Positions 26,199-40,727 of a stretch of DNA of 64,000 nucleotides are shown in pieces. The position numbers were made by a program, and so were the translations under genes. This DNA is from Octopus sinensis (lineage: Eukaryota), in contig NC_043017.1 in assembly GCF_006345805.1 (NCBI RefSeq), positions 14,694,001-14,758,000 of the forward strand, read 5' to 3'. Under the pieces are notes generated by a model that ran no database searches, was not told where the DNA came from, and worked only from the letters and a program-made list of their open reading frames with translations. Position 1 is the stretch's first letter. Each line of letters begins with the position of its first letter.

Positions 26199-26254
<56 letters not shown>

Positions 26255-26255
26255 T

Positions 26256-26780
<525 letters not shown>

Positions 26781-28094
26781 TACTTGACTTATTTTTGTAA
26801 AGCAAGCTGAAAGTAGAAGGGCTAGAACTCATGAATTCATTTTTAGGTTTTCCAAAATGAAGGAGAGGAAATTTTTTCAAACTTGCAGATAAGGTTAAGT
26901 TCTAATGATTATTATTGTTAAAGGAACCGGTATGTGAAGAGTTGGTGATGGTGGTGGTGGTGGTATTAAACTGAGTAACAGATGAAGACCTCGAACTCGA
27001 AACAAGAATGTCGTGTTGGCTTTTGCACTCTTTTTGTCTATCAAATATCAATGGTAAGAGACGTGTTTTCCCGCTGTTAGAGGAGATAGTCATTGTCCTT
27101 ATACAGCGCAACGGACCCACCCCAAAACAACGAAATTGTGAAGCAATATTTTTAATCACACAACTACACATGTACCCACACTTCACAGTAGAAAATATGC
27201 CAAAACATATCACTTAATTCCAAAGAACTAACACAGCGAAAAGTTAGTGAGGGCAAAACTACTTTGCGACGAGTTGAGGCTATCATATTTCATAAACAGT
27301 GGTGTCTTTCAAACTTCCTTATCAGTGAAGCGTACAACGTTTAATAATCTTTGAATGCTACCATACATTATCAAACTTTATTATCAGTACAGGCCACTGT
27401 AATCAATGAAAGTTACCTCAGTTAAATATACGCTAAAGGCTAGCATACTTAGGATAGTGAGCTGAAAAAAAGACTATATTTTAAATTCAAGTATGTTAGT
27501 TTTTAACAATAAGTTTTTCTTGTAGAGAAAACTTTCAAAATATTTTAAACGACATTGCGTCAAATTCCCTTTTTTCATAATTTTTCAGACAACAATAAAA
27601 GTAGCACGTGAGTGAACTGGGATTCGCTGAAGAGGTCTCACATGACTGAAAGATACTTGAGCTTGTCTCTCCATAACGGATGTTACATCTCATACTCTCC
27701 GCTCCGATTCATATCACCGTGTAATTTTAGGTCAATTGAAATATTGTGAATTATCTCTCTTACCCCTATTGAGTAGATTTCATTAAAATTTATGATTTCT
27801 TCTAATTACGGTTATAATTTCAATCGATGAAACTTTATCTTCCACTGCTCACTTTTAGGGAATTAGCCTGCACTTAACTATATGTTTTTAATTCTCCAAG
27901 CGCAGTAAAACAGTCCGATCTGGAATTAGAGACATAACGACATCGCATAGAGAAGAACCGAGGGCGGAGAGCATAAGGTGGTCGCTGGAATTTCTAGAAA
28001 GAGTAGAGTGTTCTCCCTCCGTTTAGGTAAATCATATGAGACAATGCCATGTCACTGGTGAATGGTCTGTTCAATTGAGGCTGGTTTGGAGATA

Positions 28095-28270
28095 AACAAC
28101 AACAAGAACTGCAACAACGTTAACAACAACAATAATGAAGCAAAGCATCAATAATGACATCGATAATGGCAACAACCGCAGCAGAGACAACTGCAACAAG
28201 AACAACATCATTAACAGGGACAACAACAACAACAACAGCAACAATAACCACCACCACCACCACCTCCACA
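28095..28270. repeat. (CAA)/(CAC) low-complexity tract
   Basis: Direct reading; source of the Asn/His- and Thr-rich ORFs. Confidence 0.8.
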
Positions 28271-28583
28271 GCAGCACCAAGGATCACAATCGCAAAAAAG
28301 ACACAAACACATCAAGGAGAAATGTTTACATTGGTTCTATGGAATCGTTTATTAAAAGGTCAATCGCTGGCGATCTCTTAGGTTCCCTCTCCCTCTCTCT
28401 GTCTGTCTGTCTCTCTCTCTTTCCCTCCCTCTCTCTATCTCTTTGTCTATCTATTTTTGTCTGTATGTGTATATGTGCATATATATGTATGCTATGTATG
28501 CAGATGTGTGTATGTGTATGCATGTATATATATGTGAATATATTTACGTATGTCTGCATAAGCGCTGTATATGTACGTGTGTG

Positions 28584-28643
<60 letters not shown>

Positions 28644-28685
28644 CATATAATATATACATATATATACATATATATATATATACAT

Positions 28686-28733
<48 letters not shown>

Positions 28734-28795
28734 ACTATATATATATATATATATATATACATGTGTATGTTTGTATTTATATATACATATGTGTA

Positions 28796-29006
28796 GGCGG
28801 CAAGCTGGCAGAAACGTTAGCACGCCGGGCGAAATGCTTTGCGGTATTTCATCTGTTTTTACGTTCTGGGTTCAAATTCCGCCGAGGTCGACTTTGTCTT
28901 TCATCCTTTCGCGGTCAATAAATTAAGTACCAGTTACGTACTGGATCGATCTAATCGACTAGCTTCCTCCCCCAAAATTTCGGGTCTTGTGCCTAAAGTA
29001 GAAAAG
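28796..29006 (+). mobile_element. SINE family A, full length
   Basis: GGCGGCAAGCTGGCAGAAACG (A-box), GGGTTCAAATTCC (B-box), 3' end CTTGTGCCTAAAGTAGAAAAG. Confidence 0.9.
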
Positions 29007-29023
29007 TATATACATATCTATGT

Positions 29024-29058
<35 letters not shown>

Positions 29059-30148
29059 ACACACACACACACACGCACACACACACACACATCATGTAAG
29101 CATATATGTATGCAAGTGTATATATATGTTTCGTTGACGTATATTGGCAATTGATAACATCATCAGACAGTAAATTGCAAAACCGGTGCTTTTCGACCGA
29201 AGTTCCTTATTGTATTTTGAACTGTATTCATTATATCATACACACCTGACATAAAACCCATCCCAAATAAAGGGGACTAATGATCGACTTGTTAGAATCG
29301 TGTTTATCTTTGACACACAAAGTTCTCTGTCTCTGTCACGATAACGCATTCAACATCTATTTGATAATTTTCCTGGCATTAATCAGTAGAAATAGATGAA
29401 ATACCAGTGGAACTAAAACCGCGATGGACCCCAATGGTAACATCATAAAAAACTCTAAATAGTTTGTGTGTAAATTCCGAACACATATACAAAGATGTCT
29501 CTATGCTAATGTTATTTGAAGCCCAGAACGAGCCTATAATCCTGGTTTCAATTCCTACCGTATCCAAGACATTTTAAAGTTCTGATAGGTTTAACAATTC
29601 AAACATTATCTATTCATTGCGTTTTGACAAAGTTCTGTTTCGTGAAGTAAATAATGAAGCAGGACTTGGTTCTTGAATAAAGGACAAGCGTATGCACATC
29701 ATAGTGAGTATTGCTATAACAATTGATATGTCATTAAAGAATATCAATATCTCATAAGATAAGTTAAACAGAAACATAGAAAGCAAAAGCAAGTGGAGAG
29801 AAAGGGAGCCAAAGAGAAAGAGAGAGAAAGAAGGAAAGGGAGAGGCAGAAGAGCAACACACAACATTCGAAACGAAACATTTACACAATACATTGTAGAA
29901 AAAATATATTTATAAGGTAAGAGTAATATAAATTGACAAATATGAATACAATAATATAGAGAAAAAGAAGAAATATATTGAATATTTTCCAGAAACGATA
30001 TGATTTTTATAAGATATCTTTCAGAGATGATTGTGACGGATGTAAATCTCTAAGAGGAATCAATAATTTCGTATTTCACGTGTTTGGGAAGAAAGATCTT
30101 CAGAATGTTGATTGTGTGTGTGCATATGTATGTATGTATGTATGTATG

Positions 30149-30199
<51 letters not shown>

Positions 30200-33100
30200 C
30201 GGGCGCGCAATAACACATATATAGTCTTCAAAATTCGGAACGTTTCACGGAACAATGTTCTTGTAGATTGATGTAAAGACACCAGGGTGGCTGTAACTGG
30301 GAAGTCCTTGATCTGATGTCTGCATGATCTGAATCAAGGTAAACTTAGCACCAAACAACAATAATGAAATCAAGAAAACGTTGGGGAGAGACGAACAGTC
30401 AGCCCGGAGTTGTAGGAAAAACAATAAAGAAACTGGTAGCAACAGTTCAAAGGACGCTGGCAATTTTATGTTTTGTTCTCGTTGAATGATTTAATCAGAG
30501 GAGTTGAGGCAACATCCTCAATTCTCTTTAGGGTTAAGGACCAGCAAATAAGGGAGAAATTTATTCTTGGACCGAAGACTTGATCTGAATATTTACCACA
30601 GATGGACTCTACTAAAGGTACTCAAGGACCAAGTGGTGGTATTAACTTGGGTGACAACAGAATGGAGTCTGCTAAATGTAGCTAGGGACCAGGTTTCGGT
30701 CCCTAGCTAGAGAAAAGAATATAACGATATGCAAATGAATATTTCAATTTAAAGTACAATTACGTTAAAGAACCTGATAAGTCCCCAATAACTTACAAAA
30801 AAGAATTTGTAAATCGTGATTGGAAGCAACGTCCATGTGTCATTTCATTTAGAGCTACGTGAAAGAGGTAATCACGAAACAGTTGCTATGATATAGGATG
30901 ATTTTTCTTGTAATCTAAACACTTCAGTCAATAATTTACCAAATGGATGCGATTTTAATTATAACGACTAAATATTTATTATATTGCATCATTCTGTTGA
31001 CCCATATAGCAGAAAGTTTATTTTAGGTGAGACGCAGATAAATCAATTTCTGGAGAGGAGCTTCTTGGTTTAACAAACTGGCGTGAATAATGATAGATGT
31101 TCACAAGTTACAATTTATCCTTACCTTGTAATAATTAAACAACTTTTAAGAGAGGAAAATGTACTAACCGAATATAGAGTTACAGGTGTTATAAATACCT
31201 TTATATTAACAGTAATTGAGCAGCAGGATTCTAAGATTGCCGCAGAAAACTCAATTTGTCTTCCTCTAACACCCATCAATATTTAAAACAACTTTGGTAA
31301 ATGTCTGAATTAGGAAAGTGTCTGCCACACAAATTGCTGGCCGATGGCAAATGATTGGGAGATAAAGTTGAACGCTTTATCGGAATAGAATAGAAGAGAG
31401 AAAGTGGTATATATGCGTATATTTAGAATGTTAATATCTGGTTTTGTAGTAAGAGCAGATGAAATGTAAATATTTATCAAGGAAGCAGGTCTTAAGAAGT
31501 GTTTCCCCGCCATGATCTATCGCTACTGGTTTACATTTATCTCAAAAATTACTGAAGCAAATAAATTCTCCAGCCATGTGAAAAGTATTTGTTATCCTCC
31601 ATTGATACTTCGTTGTGCAAATTCGCTTTCTCTTTCCCTCTCGCTTAAAGTTGTCTTATAATAGTTTAATAATCAAAGATTGTGTTGGAAATATATACCA
31701 GCGTAACTATGGAAAGTTTTTGGAAAGCCTCGCAGATTTTTAAAATTTTATTTTGAAATAATATCTTAATGTCAGATAAAGAAATATATAAACAGACCCC
31801 TGTAAGTTTAGAGGGATCACTTGAGGGTTTAATCTGTATGCAGGGACTTTCGGGTTAACTGGTGAATCAAATCAGTTTCAAGGATTTGTGAATGTGCATG
31901 TATGAGTGTGTGTGTATGTATATATGAAAGGGTATGTGTGAATATATTTACACTATGACCATTTTTGTATGTGTTTGTGTGTGTATATATTTGCATTATA
32001 TGTGCAGATATGTGTGTATGTAGATATACTCACACTCATGTATATGCATATTTCTTTAGTTCAAAAATGTGTGTGTGTGTGTATGTGTGTGTACGTGTGT
32101 GATGCACACATTGTATACACACTCACGCACACACACACACTCTCACGCTTGTACGTATGAATACGTTCATGAAATCCAAATGGTGAAACATTTGAATGTT
32201 ACACAGTTTTAGATTTTGTTTCCGGAAAAGTTCCATTATTGTGGGGTTCTTATGTAAATCCGTTGCTGCATAGCTTCGTGAGTCCATAATGATAGAAATA
32301 AATCGGAATATATATTAAACAGTTGTAAATTCCTCTTTAGTTTACCAAAAATGTTCTCTTTCTCCAAATTCACTTCCCTCGAGAAAAAAAAATCTCTACA
32401 AAGCAATAGTTTGGTTCCCCGTCCCGTCGTCGAACTGGTCTGTTATGTTTGCACTGGGTTGCTGTTTTGATTGGAATATCTTTGCCAAAGCTCCTCATTG
32501 TTTTAATTTATGGAAACATTCTTTGCCTTTGTTATGACCATCGTGACCATCTCTGCTTTTTATGGTATTGTAAATAGCTTGAGCGACAATATCCTTTCAC
32601 ATGGAAAGAGAAATATGAGTGATATCTTCCACATTGCTAAAGCAGAAATGATATTTCTGTCACAGCTTGAAACCTGACTACTTTCTTACTGCTTTTATAG
32701 AGCAGATATTTACTACTTTTTTTCCTGTTTGCGATAGCGAAGAAGGCATAACGTTCTAAGCGGGATGTGATGTGACTCTCCCAGGTCCAGATTGTATGTG
32801 TTATATCCTTCTCAGAGGAGGTAACTTAATTATCATTTGCGGTTGTATGCATGCCTGTGTGTAACCTTTGGTTTTGGTCTTGCATTTCGGCGAAGGATGT
32901 GAATATTGCCCAGAAAAATAATAAACCGGTGCTTTCACATGAAAATCCCCCTTGTTAACTATAACAGCTTAGTTTCACAGGCGCCTCTTTACTTCTCTCA
33001 TCATCGTAAATCTAACGAATCACTGTTTTATTTTTTTACATTAGAAACGTGTAACAACATTATTGTTCACGAACTGCAAGATATAAAAAAAAGAAATAAA

Positions 33101-33436
33101 ATAAAGAAATGCACTGGAAAATGTGTTGAGTGACTCAGGTGAGAATCACCTGGCAGTTGTCTAGATTCAACGGAGAGTTAAGCTGTTAGCAGGAAGGTAA
33201 ATGGTGACAAGATAATTAACAATTGAAATTAGAAATCAATTAATTTCAGGTAGGTGTTTCAACGAACAATCAATGTTGACACAAACAAATTGATGATCGT
33301 TAAAAATATTTCATTAAATATTAAAAAATTCTGAAAAACTGAACAGGTAAACGCTATGAATGTCTGTCTAATGATGGCTCTGTGTAGATGTTTACGTGTA
33401 TATATTAATATTTATATGCTTAATAGAAGTGATTTG

Positions 33437-33484
<48 letters not shown>

Positions 33485-33536
33485 GAAGATGTATCTATGT
33501 ATCTTTATATGCATGTATGTATGTATGTGTGGATAT

Positions 33537-33573
<37 letters not shown>

Positions 33574-34045
33574 GCTTGTTTAAAATAACAAAGCAAATTT
33601 TCTGATTATTGATTTCTCCATAAACTTTCAGAAAGTTTCAAAGTGATATTTAAATGCGTCTAAAATCTTTGATCTGTATTAATAAAACAGCAAATAACGT
33701 GTGAAGAAACATGGCCGACCGACGTATTTGGACGAGAAAATTGATAGAATCCTTGAGAAGTAGGTTCACCCATCGATTTTATTTCAAACAAGAATGCAAA
33801 AACAAAATCAGAAACACATTTTTTTCTATTAACCTGTTTCGTCCTTATTTCTCATCTCTTTGTTCGACATTTGTGTCTGTCTCTGTGCCTGCTTGTCTGT
33901 CTGTATGTCTCTGCGCCTTTCGTGTCACTTCTCTCTCTCTTCCCTCTTACTCTCTCTGCATGTATTTTTTTCTGTCTGCCTTTCTCTGTGAGTCTGTCTT
34001 TGATTGGTTTCCTCAGTATGTTTACCACACACACGCACTCACTCT

Positions 34046-34091
<46 letters not shown>

Positions 34092-34139
34092 TCTCCCACT
34101 CACTTTCTGTTACTTTGTCTACCCGTCTGTGTATGTCTC

Positions 34140-34278
34140 TTTCTCTCATCACGTCTCGTCCTCTTTTTTTTTCTGACTCTCTCTAGCCTGTCTGTCTCTC
34201 TTACTGTTTATATCTAAATCCCCGTTATTATATCAGAGTGTCTGTTTGACTCTCCTCTCAGTTATTACATTTGTCCAA

Positions 34279-34309
<31 letters not shown>

Positions 34310-34547
34310 TCTCTCTCTGTTAGGCTATCTGTTGTTTATCATTACCCTGTGCGGTACTTCTATGCGATTGATTCCAACCCGAAGAGCAGCTATCTAATAC
34401 TGTCAGTGTAAGATTAATGTAATAACTGAGAGGAGAGTCAAACAGACACTGTGATATAATAACGGGGATTTAGACATAAACAGTAAGAGAGACAGACAGA
34501 CTAGAGAGAGTGAGAAAAAAAGAGAGGACGAGACGTGATGAGAGAAA
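34140..34547. repeat. Inverted repeat, 132-bp arms (34140-34271 / 34416-34547), 5 mismatches
   Basis: Manual alignment gives 127/132 identity with no gaps; spacer 144 bp. Confidence 0.9.
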
Positions 34548-34719
34548 GTACAGCCATGGAAATTGGAAGTGTTGTACTTCACAATTAATTCCATGCAGCC
34601 AAAACAGAAGTTGCTGAAAAAAATAGCGGGGGTTGGCTGATGAAAGTAACCCTAAAAAAGAGACCGAGGGTTCTATACTGTCAGTGTAAGATTAAGCTTT
34701 AGTCACGAACTAGAGGGTC

Positions 34720-35344
34720 AACCTTCGGAATGTGCGAGTGTCTCCGCTGTGCCATATCTGCAATAGAGTGGATGAAACCATTGCCCATATGACGAACGAA
34801 ATCCCTAGACTTGCCCAAAACCACTGCAAGTTATGGCGACAAGATCAGGTAGCGAAAGTGCTACATTGGAAACTGTGCAAAAAGTGAAGGATAGAGAAAT
34901 GCAAGACGTGGTATGAGCAGAAACCGCAGAGAGTCGGAGACTAGCAAAATCCTCTGGGATTTCCCAGTCCAAACTCATTAGATGTTAGAGCATACACCTT
35001 TGACCAACGAATAGTCAAGGAAGACGAAAAGATAGATAGATACAACCCTCTTAAGTACGAAACAGCCTGGCTATGGAAAATGAAGAAGGTGAAGATAGTG
35101 CCAGTTATTGTTGGGTCCTTGGGAACAGTAATTGAAGGCATCAAAGGGAATATAAAGGAAATTGGAATAGAGTGCCCAGAAGAACTGTTACAAAAGGTTT
35201 GCCTCCTTGGCACGGCCAGAATAATCAGGAAAGTATTAGATAGCTGAAAAGAACGGATAGCATGATACCATAAGCAAAATCTGCGATAAGGAGATAATAA
35301 TAATAATAATAATATTAATAATAATAATAGTAATAGTAATAATA
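34720..35344 (+). mobile_element. R4/Dong-type (RLE) non-LTR retrotransposon, old 3' fragment with (TAA)n tail
   Basis: PLCHICNRVDETIAH...VAKVLHWKLCKK...KILWDFPVQT...VPVIVGSLGTV...LQKVCLLGTARIIRKVLDS*, with multiple stops and deletions. Confidence 0.8.
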
Positions 35345-36134
35345 GACAAAGAAAAATCCCAGCAATGGTTGAGAAGCTCAGGACTCAAAGCAGAGACAGA
35401 GGGATTTTTAATTGCAGCACAAGACCAAAGCCTCCCCACCAGAAATTACCAAAAACATGTAATGAAAAGAAATATAACAAGTAACTGCAGAATATGTGGA
35501 GATGGACAAGAAACAATAAATCATATTATCTCTGGCTGCCCAGTTCTGGCTAAGAAGGAATATATTCACAGACATGACAGAGTTGGGACCTACGTACACT
35601 GGAAGCTATGTCAACATTATGGAATAACAACAGAAACAAGATGGTATAGGCACACACCGGAAAAGGTCACAGAAAACGAGAAAGCAACCATACTCTGGGA
35701 TATGCCAATACACACAGATAGAGAAATTAAGGCCAACAGACCAGATATAGTTGTCAGAGATCATGAAGAAAAAATGCTTTCTAATTGATGTATCAATACC
35801 AGCAGATGACAACGTGTCTCTAAAAGAAATGGAGAAACTTTCAAAATACAAAGACCTGGAAATAGAGGTAACTAGAATGTGGAATCTGAAAACAGAAACA
35901 ATTCCTATCATAGTAGGTGCATTAGGCATACTCAGACAAATACATAACAAAAACACCAGGACTTACAAACACATAACATACAGAAAATTGCATTACTAGG
36001 CACTGCACACATCCTACGCAGAACACTTTCAATACAGTAACCATCAGAGCATCACAACAAATCACAGCACATACCCAAGGCACACAGAGCTGCGCTCGGC
36101 AGTGAAGTGAAAGCACGCTATAAAAATAAAACTA

Positions 36135-36188
<54 letters not shown>
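35345..36188 (+). mobile_element. R4/Dong-type (RLE) non-LTR retrotransposon, younger 5'-truncated copy with (TAA)n tail
   Basis: CCHC knuckle CRICGDGQETINHIISGC, restriction-like endonuclease motif NRPDIVV...FLIDVSIP...KYKDL, frameshift at about 35770, 3' UTR and an AAT run at 36138-36188. Confidence 0.9.
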
Positions 36189-36580
36189 CCTTTATATAAT
36201 AATAAGCACAAGGCCTGAAATTTGAGGGGAGGGGACTAGCCGATTACATCGAGCCCGGTGTTTCACTGGTACTTAATTTATCGTTCGCGAAAGGATGAAA
36301 GGCAAAGTCAACCCCAGCAGAATTTGAACTCAGAATGTAACGGCAGAGAAAATATCTATTTCTTTACTACCCACAAGGGGCTAAGCACAGAGAGGACAGA
36401 CAAACGGATTAAGTCGATTATATCGACCCCAGTGCGTAACTGGTACTTATTTAATCGACCCCGAAAGGATGAAAGGCAAAGTCGACCTCGGCAGAATTTA
36501 AACTGAGAACGTAACGGCAGACGAAATTCCGCTAAGCATTTCGCCCGGTGTTCTAACGATTCTGCCAGCTCGGCGCCTTA
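36187..36580 (-). mobile_element. Two tandem SINE family A units
   Basis: GAAAGGATGAAAGGCAAAGTC...GAATTT(G/A)AACT occurs twice; head GGCGCCGAGCTGGCAGAATCG on minus at about 36578. Confidence 0.85.
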
Positions 36581-36596
36581 ACAACAAAAACAACAA

Positions 36597-36632
<36 letters not shown>

Positions 36633-37651
36633 AATATATAAACTTTCATCCTTGCATTTATCTGTGATAATTGACTTTTTTTAAATATTGTATTATTAAT
36701 CACCGTCATTATTCTAAATCAGCAAATATTTGCAATGCCTGTGGCAGTATTTGTAGGAGAGAATGTTCTTGATTCTTAAGGATTAAGAATAACGAACTTC
36801 AGTGAAAATCACAGAAACCTATGTATTTCTCGTTGAATAGATGTGGCGCTGTGCAAAATGTCAGCCATCTTTCTACAAACGTATGGCTTCAACAAGGTAT
36901 GTACATTTACTCTTATAATTTAAGATATATATTAATATTTTAAGATATATAAGGATATTAGGTTATGTAAACAAGGAAAAAAGCAAACGGTTCTGAAAAT
37001 CGAAACAGTTTTACACAACTATAGTGCTGAAATTCAATAAGATCCTTTTAAAATCTAGAATCAAATTAAATTTACTCAGTTATGGAAATTAGTTTCAAAC
37101 ACAGCAAATAGATAATATAAAATCGATTATTATAATTTGACCTAAAGTCCTTCTTATGGAGTTAGAAAAACGTGAAATCATTGTCTTCCGTTTCTATTTT
37201 GGTTTGTGAGAGAATTTACACTTATCGTCCGTTTCGTTTGACAGTTGAATCTATTTTGATGGAATTATCAAAAGATGATATCAGAATCTTTAGAAATGGC
37301 GCGGCTAGAGGTGGCACCGAATTCATGATTCAATTCAATTCACAGACAACAGTTGATCTCTTATTTCAGTTTTAATCCGTCCGAACTGCCCCAATCAACG
37401 ATGATTCATTGACATATGGTGGCGTCTGTAACGATTATTACAAGTCAAGGACATATGGCAGACAGGAGACAGTTTTGAAATGAAATTCATTAGAATATTT
37501 AACCTTGACTATTTCCATGCCGAATTCTACTTTGAACTGTATTTTGAGTCTACTTTGTCTTTCATCATTTCAGAAGAACAATATCAGCAGCAGAGTCTTA
37601 TTTTATTTTAATTCACTAAACATCTTTAAACGCACGGCATCGTCTGCCGCC

Positions 37652-37699
<48 letters not shown>

Positions 37700-39126
37700 C
37701 TCACAATATATACAACGGGATTTGGCACAGCTTCTGCCTACCAAATTTGCAATGTATTGGTCAGTTTGAGCTATATTAAAATCGTTCAAAGTGCTACGCG
37801 ATTGGGTTCAACTCGAAACAAAATATTTGTGAAGCGAACTTATTAACGACATTCTTCTGCCTATTGTAGAAAATGCCAAATACCTTGAAGCTAAGTTAGT
37901 GACCAGCTCAGTAAAAGACAGAGAATGAAAGGCAATTAAATGGGGAGCATACCCTAAATAATCATAAATTACCAAAATTGTAGAAGTTTTCCTTAACGAA
38001 CAGTATTAAAACCAAACTCATTTTCGCAACAGTTGCCTTTGTCGCATGGTTACAACATATGATAGGAAAAACTGCTAGACTGAATGCACAGCTGTCTGCT
38101 ACGAATGGTTCTTCACATCATTTAGAGGAGAAGCATCGCCAATGTAGAACATCATGAAGGTTTACAGAAATTAACTGAAAAACGGTTTGCACTCAGTAGG
38201 GCACCGTGATCAACAGGCTCAAGAAGAAGCTTGAAATATAATGCTATGGCGGCACCGCCAAACCTTAGATAGATGAATTCATGTCAACGTGACATCGTCT
38301 TGAAGACCAGATCAAATATAAGTGTGGCGATGATCGATCAAGACATCCGGAAAAGAGATGTCTTCCGTGTTTGGCTGAAAGAATGGCTGAGATGAGAGCG
38401 AGATCGTCAATTTATTGGATATATTATCTCAACGAAATGGTGTTTCTAAGCAAAAATTAACCACCAGTTTCCTATGTTAAACAACCATTAATCTGGTCAG
38501 GTTTATCAGTTGATGGATAATTAACGAGTTTATGTAATACAATAATCTCTGGTTGGTGTCAGTTGGTCTCATAAAACTCTCTTGAGATGAAAGTCTGGCT
38601 GCAAGCAGAGACAGAAAATTTCAACGTAAAAAGCATTCAATAATAATGCCATGTCGTAGCTTAATGCCATGCTGCAGGCCAGGGCAAACGCCTACGGGAA
38701 GTGAACAGAAGTATTGGGTTTCGATTTTCGACAGCAGATTTTTTTGAAATCAACTACATTTTATTTCTCTTGGATTGTATTTCCGTGTGTTTACCATCGT
38801 CAACATTTTGGAAAATTAATAATCTTGTGTGTCTATTTAGAAACAAATGGTGAAATTTAACATTTGATATTTTTGGGGCGAAAATATTCCTTAGTTTATG
38901 TTGAATGTAAATGTTATGTGGTGGTCCTTTTCCACTGTTAATTTTATAATATCTATTTTATTTTTCTCTGTCATGACATATACTCGAAAGTTACACTTTA
39001 AACAATTTCAACTATGAAAGGACATCGACGTCTTTAACATAATGAAACAATGTTAAAAAGATGTTTGAAGAACATTTCAAAATCGTCAATTTCCATCCGT
39101 TCCCCACCCAGTATTCAAGCACATTC

Positions 39127-39472
39127 TATAGGGTGGTCGTAAAGTCTTGTCAACCCCTACCGAGGAACACTATAATAATATCAAACACATGTACCAGAAT
39201 ATCCAATTGTTGAAGGACGCTGTTTTCGGTAGCCATTGCGACAATCACCAAAGCACAGCATCGTAAAATATCGCAGAGGGCATGGCGCCGCATCATTTTG
39301 TGCCACGAAAATGATGGTGCTCATACAGACCTTCACGATGTGTGACAGAGTTAGCGTCAATGAAAGGGAACATAGTAAAACCAGTCAAATATGTTTGATA
39401 TTATTATATTGTTCCTCTATTGTTCTTATTACTTTTCGGTAGAGAGTGACAAGACTTTCGGACCACCCTATA
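39127..39472 (+). mobile_element. Tc1/mariner internal-deletion derivative (MITE-like)
   Basis: 26-bp TIRs TATAGGGTGGTC(GT/CG)AAAGTCTTGTCA with 2 mismatches. The interior encodes RKISQRAWRRIILCHENDGAHTDL*, resembling a transposase C-terminus. Confidence 0.8.
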
Positions 39473-40489
39473 CATTCTATGAAATAGATTTTGTCGTAAA
39501 GAAACAAAGAAATTTGTGTTTATTCTTTTAGAATTACATTGCAATCTAAGTCACCAGGGTAGGAATAACTCCTCTAAAGTTTGAGCAATACAAGAAAATA
39601 TTTCTCAAACTCAAAGCGTTAAAATTATGTAACTGGAAATTTTGTAAATTTACTTAATTTCAGTAGGTATCGGGGATATTGTGTAATTAAAGAGAACACA
39701 GCAATGATTGTTAGTGCTTATTGTCAGGACCCGCCTAGTTAAGTCGGTGGAGGATCTGAAGTGATTCAGACAAAATTCTTGCGATATTTTGTTATAGTCC
39801 TTTGCATTCTGAGTTCACCGAGGGTCAACTTTGCATTTCATTCGTCAGAGGCCGATAAACTACTAGACATAGCTGTGTAGTTACGAAGTTCACTTTGTAA
39901 TCATATGGTTCCGAGTTCGATCTCCCCGTATGGCAACTAAAGCGAATTAATTTTTGACATAGGTTCGCGTTGACCAATCCCGTAAAAGTGCTAAAGGTAG
40001 AATTTAACCCCAACCAATGTTCCTCACACAGTTTTAAATTATGGTATTTGATGATTCGTGGATTATTGGAGGCGGAATCGAACTGAGTACATTTGCGGAC
40101 CCAGTCCAGACACAGAATATGGAAACAGATTTTATATTTTCTTTCAGAATGATCTCGAATAATTGCTATGGGTCTTAAATCCTTCGCTAAGTTTTCTATT
40201 TTCTATCAGCAGATAATCCTTTATCCTGATATTATGCAACATCGAGGATGATTCATATCTTGTTATAATGAAAACAACCACTAAAGCAGATATTTCCCCA
40301 AAGTTTAAAAAAATATTTGTTATTTAATTTCACCGACAAAAAGAAGGGAAAATGTTACTCGATACTTTTGTTGCAACGGTTTTCTTGCATCCAGCTTCGT
40401 TTCAGGCGACTTTGTTGTACAATAATCTCGTCGTATTAAATTTCCGATATTCTTAACAAATAACTGCTCGCCTTCGCCACCATCTCCAG

Positions 40490-40727
40490 CAATAAAAGTC
40501 TTACAAACTTGGAGAAGCAATCCAATGAAGAAAAGCACTCGACAAAATCAAAATTCTTATTCGATAAAAATATTGCGGAAAACGATTCCTTTAGTCATAT
40601 ATCAAAAACAATGCAGGAAAGAAAAAGAAAAGTTGTAGAGCGAGTGCAGCAACATAAAGAAGAAATATTGAAACAAAACAAAAACAAGCAAGGAATATTA
40701 CAAGAATTGTTTGAAGATGGAATGTAA
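40490..40727 (+). other. Candidate coding-like segment (terminal exon or decayed gene copy), product unknown
   Basis: Frame open 40464-40727, possible acceptor catctccag|, peptide ...MQERKRKVVERVQQHKEEILKQNKNKQGILQELFEDGM*. A-rich composition could give this by chance. Confidence 0.2.

Noticed and set aside
28135-28650. Asn/His-rich 171-aa ORF
   Set aside because: It is built from CAA/CAC low-complexity sequence and CT/TA microsatellites.
34637-34675. Hammerhead-ribozyme-like CTGATGA followed by an AACCCT/AGGGTT stem
   Set aside because: The required GAAA after stem II is absent (it reads CTATAC) and I found no stems I or III. An Infernal/RNAMotif search would settle it.
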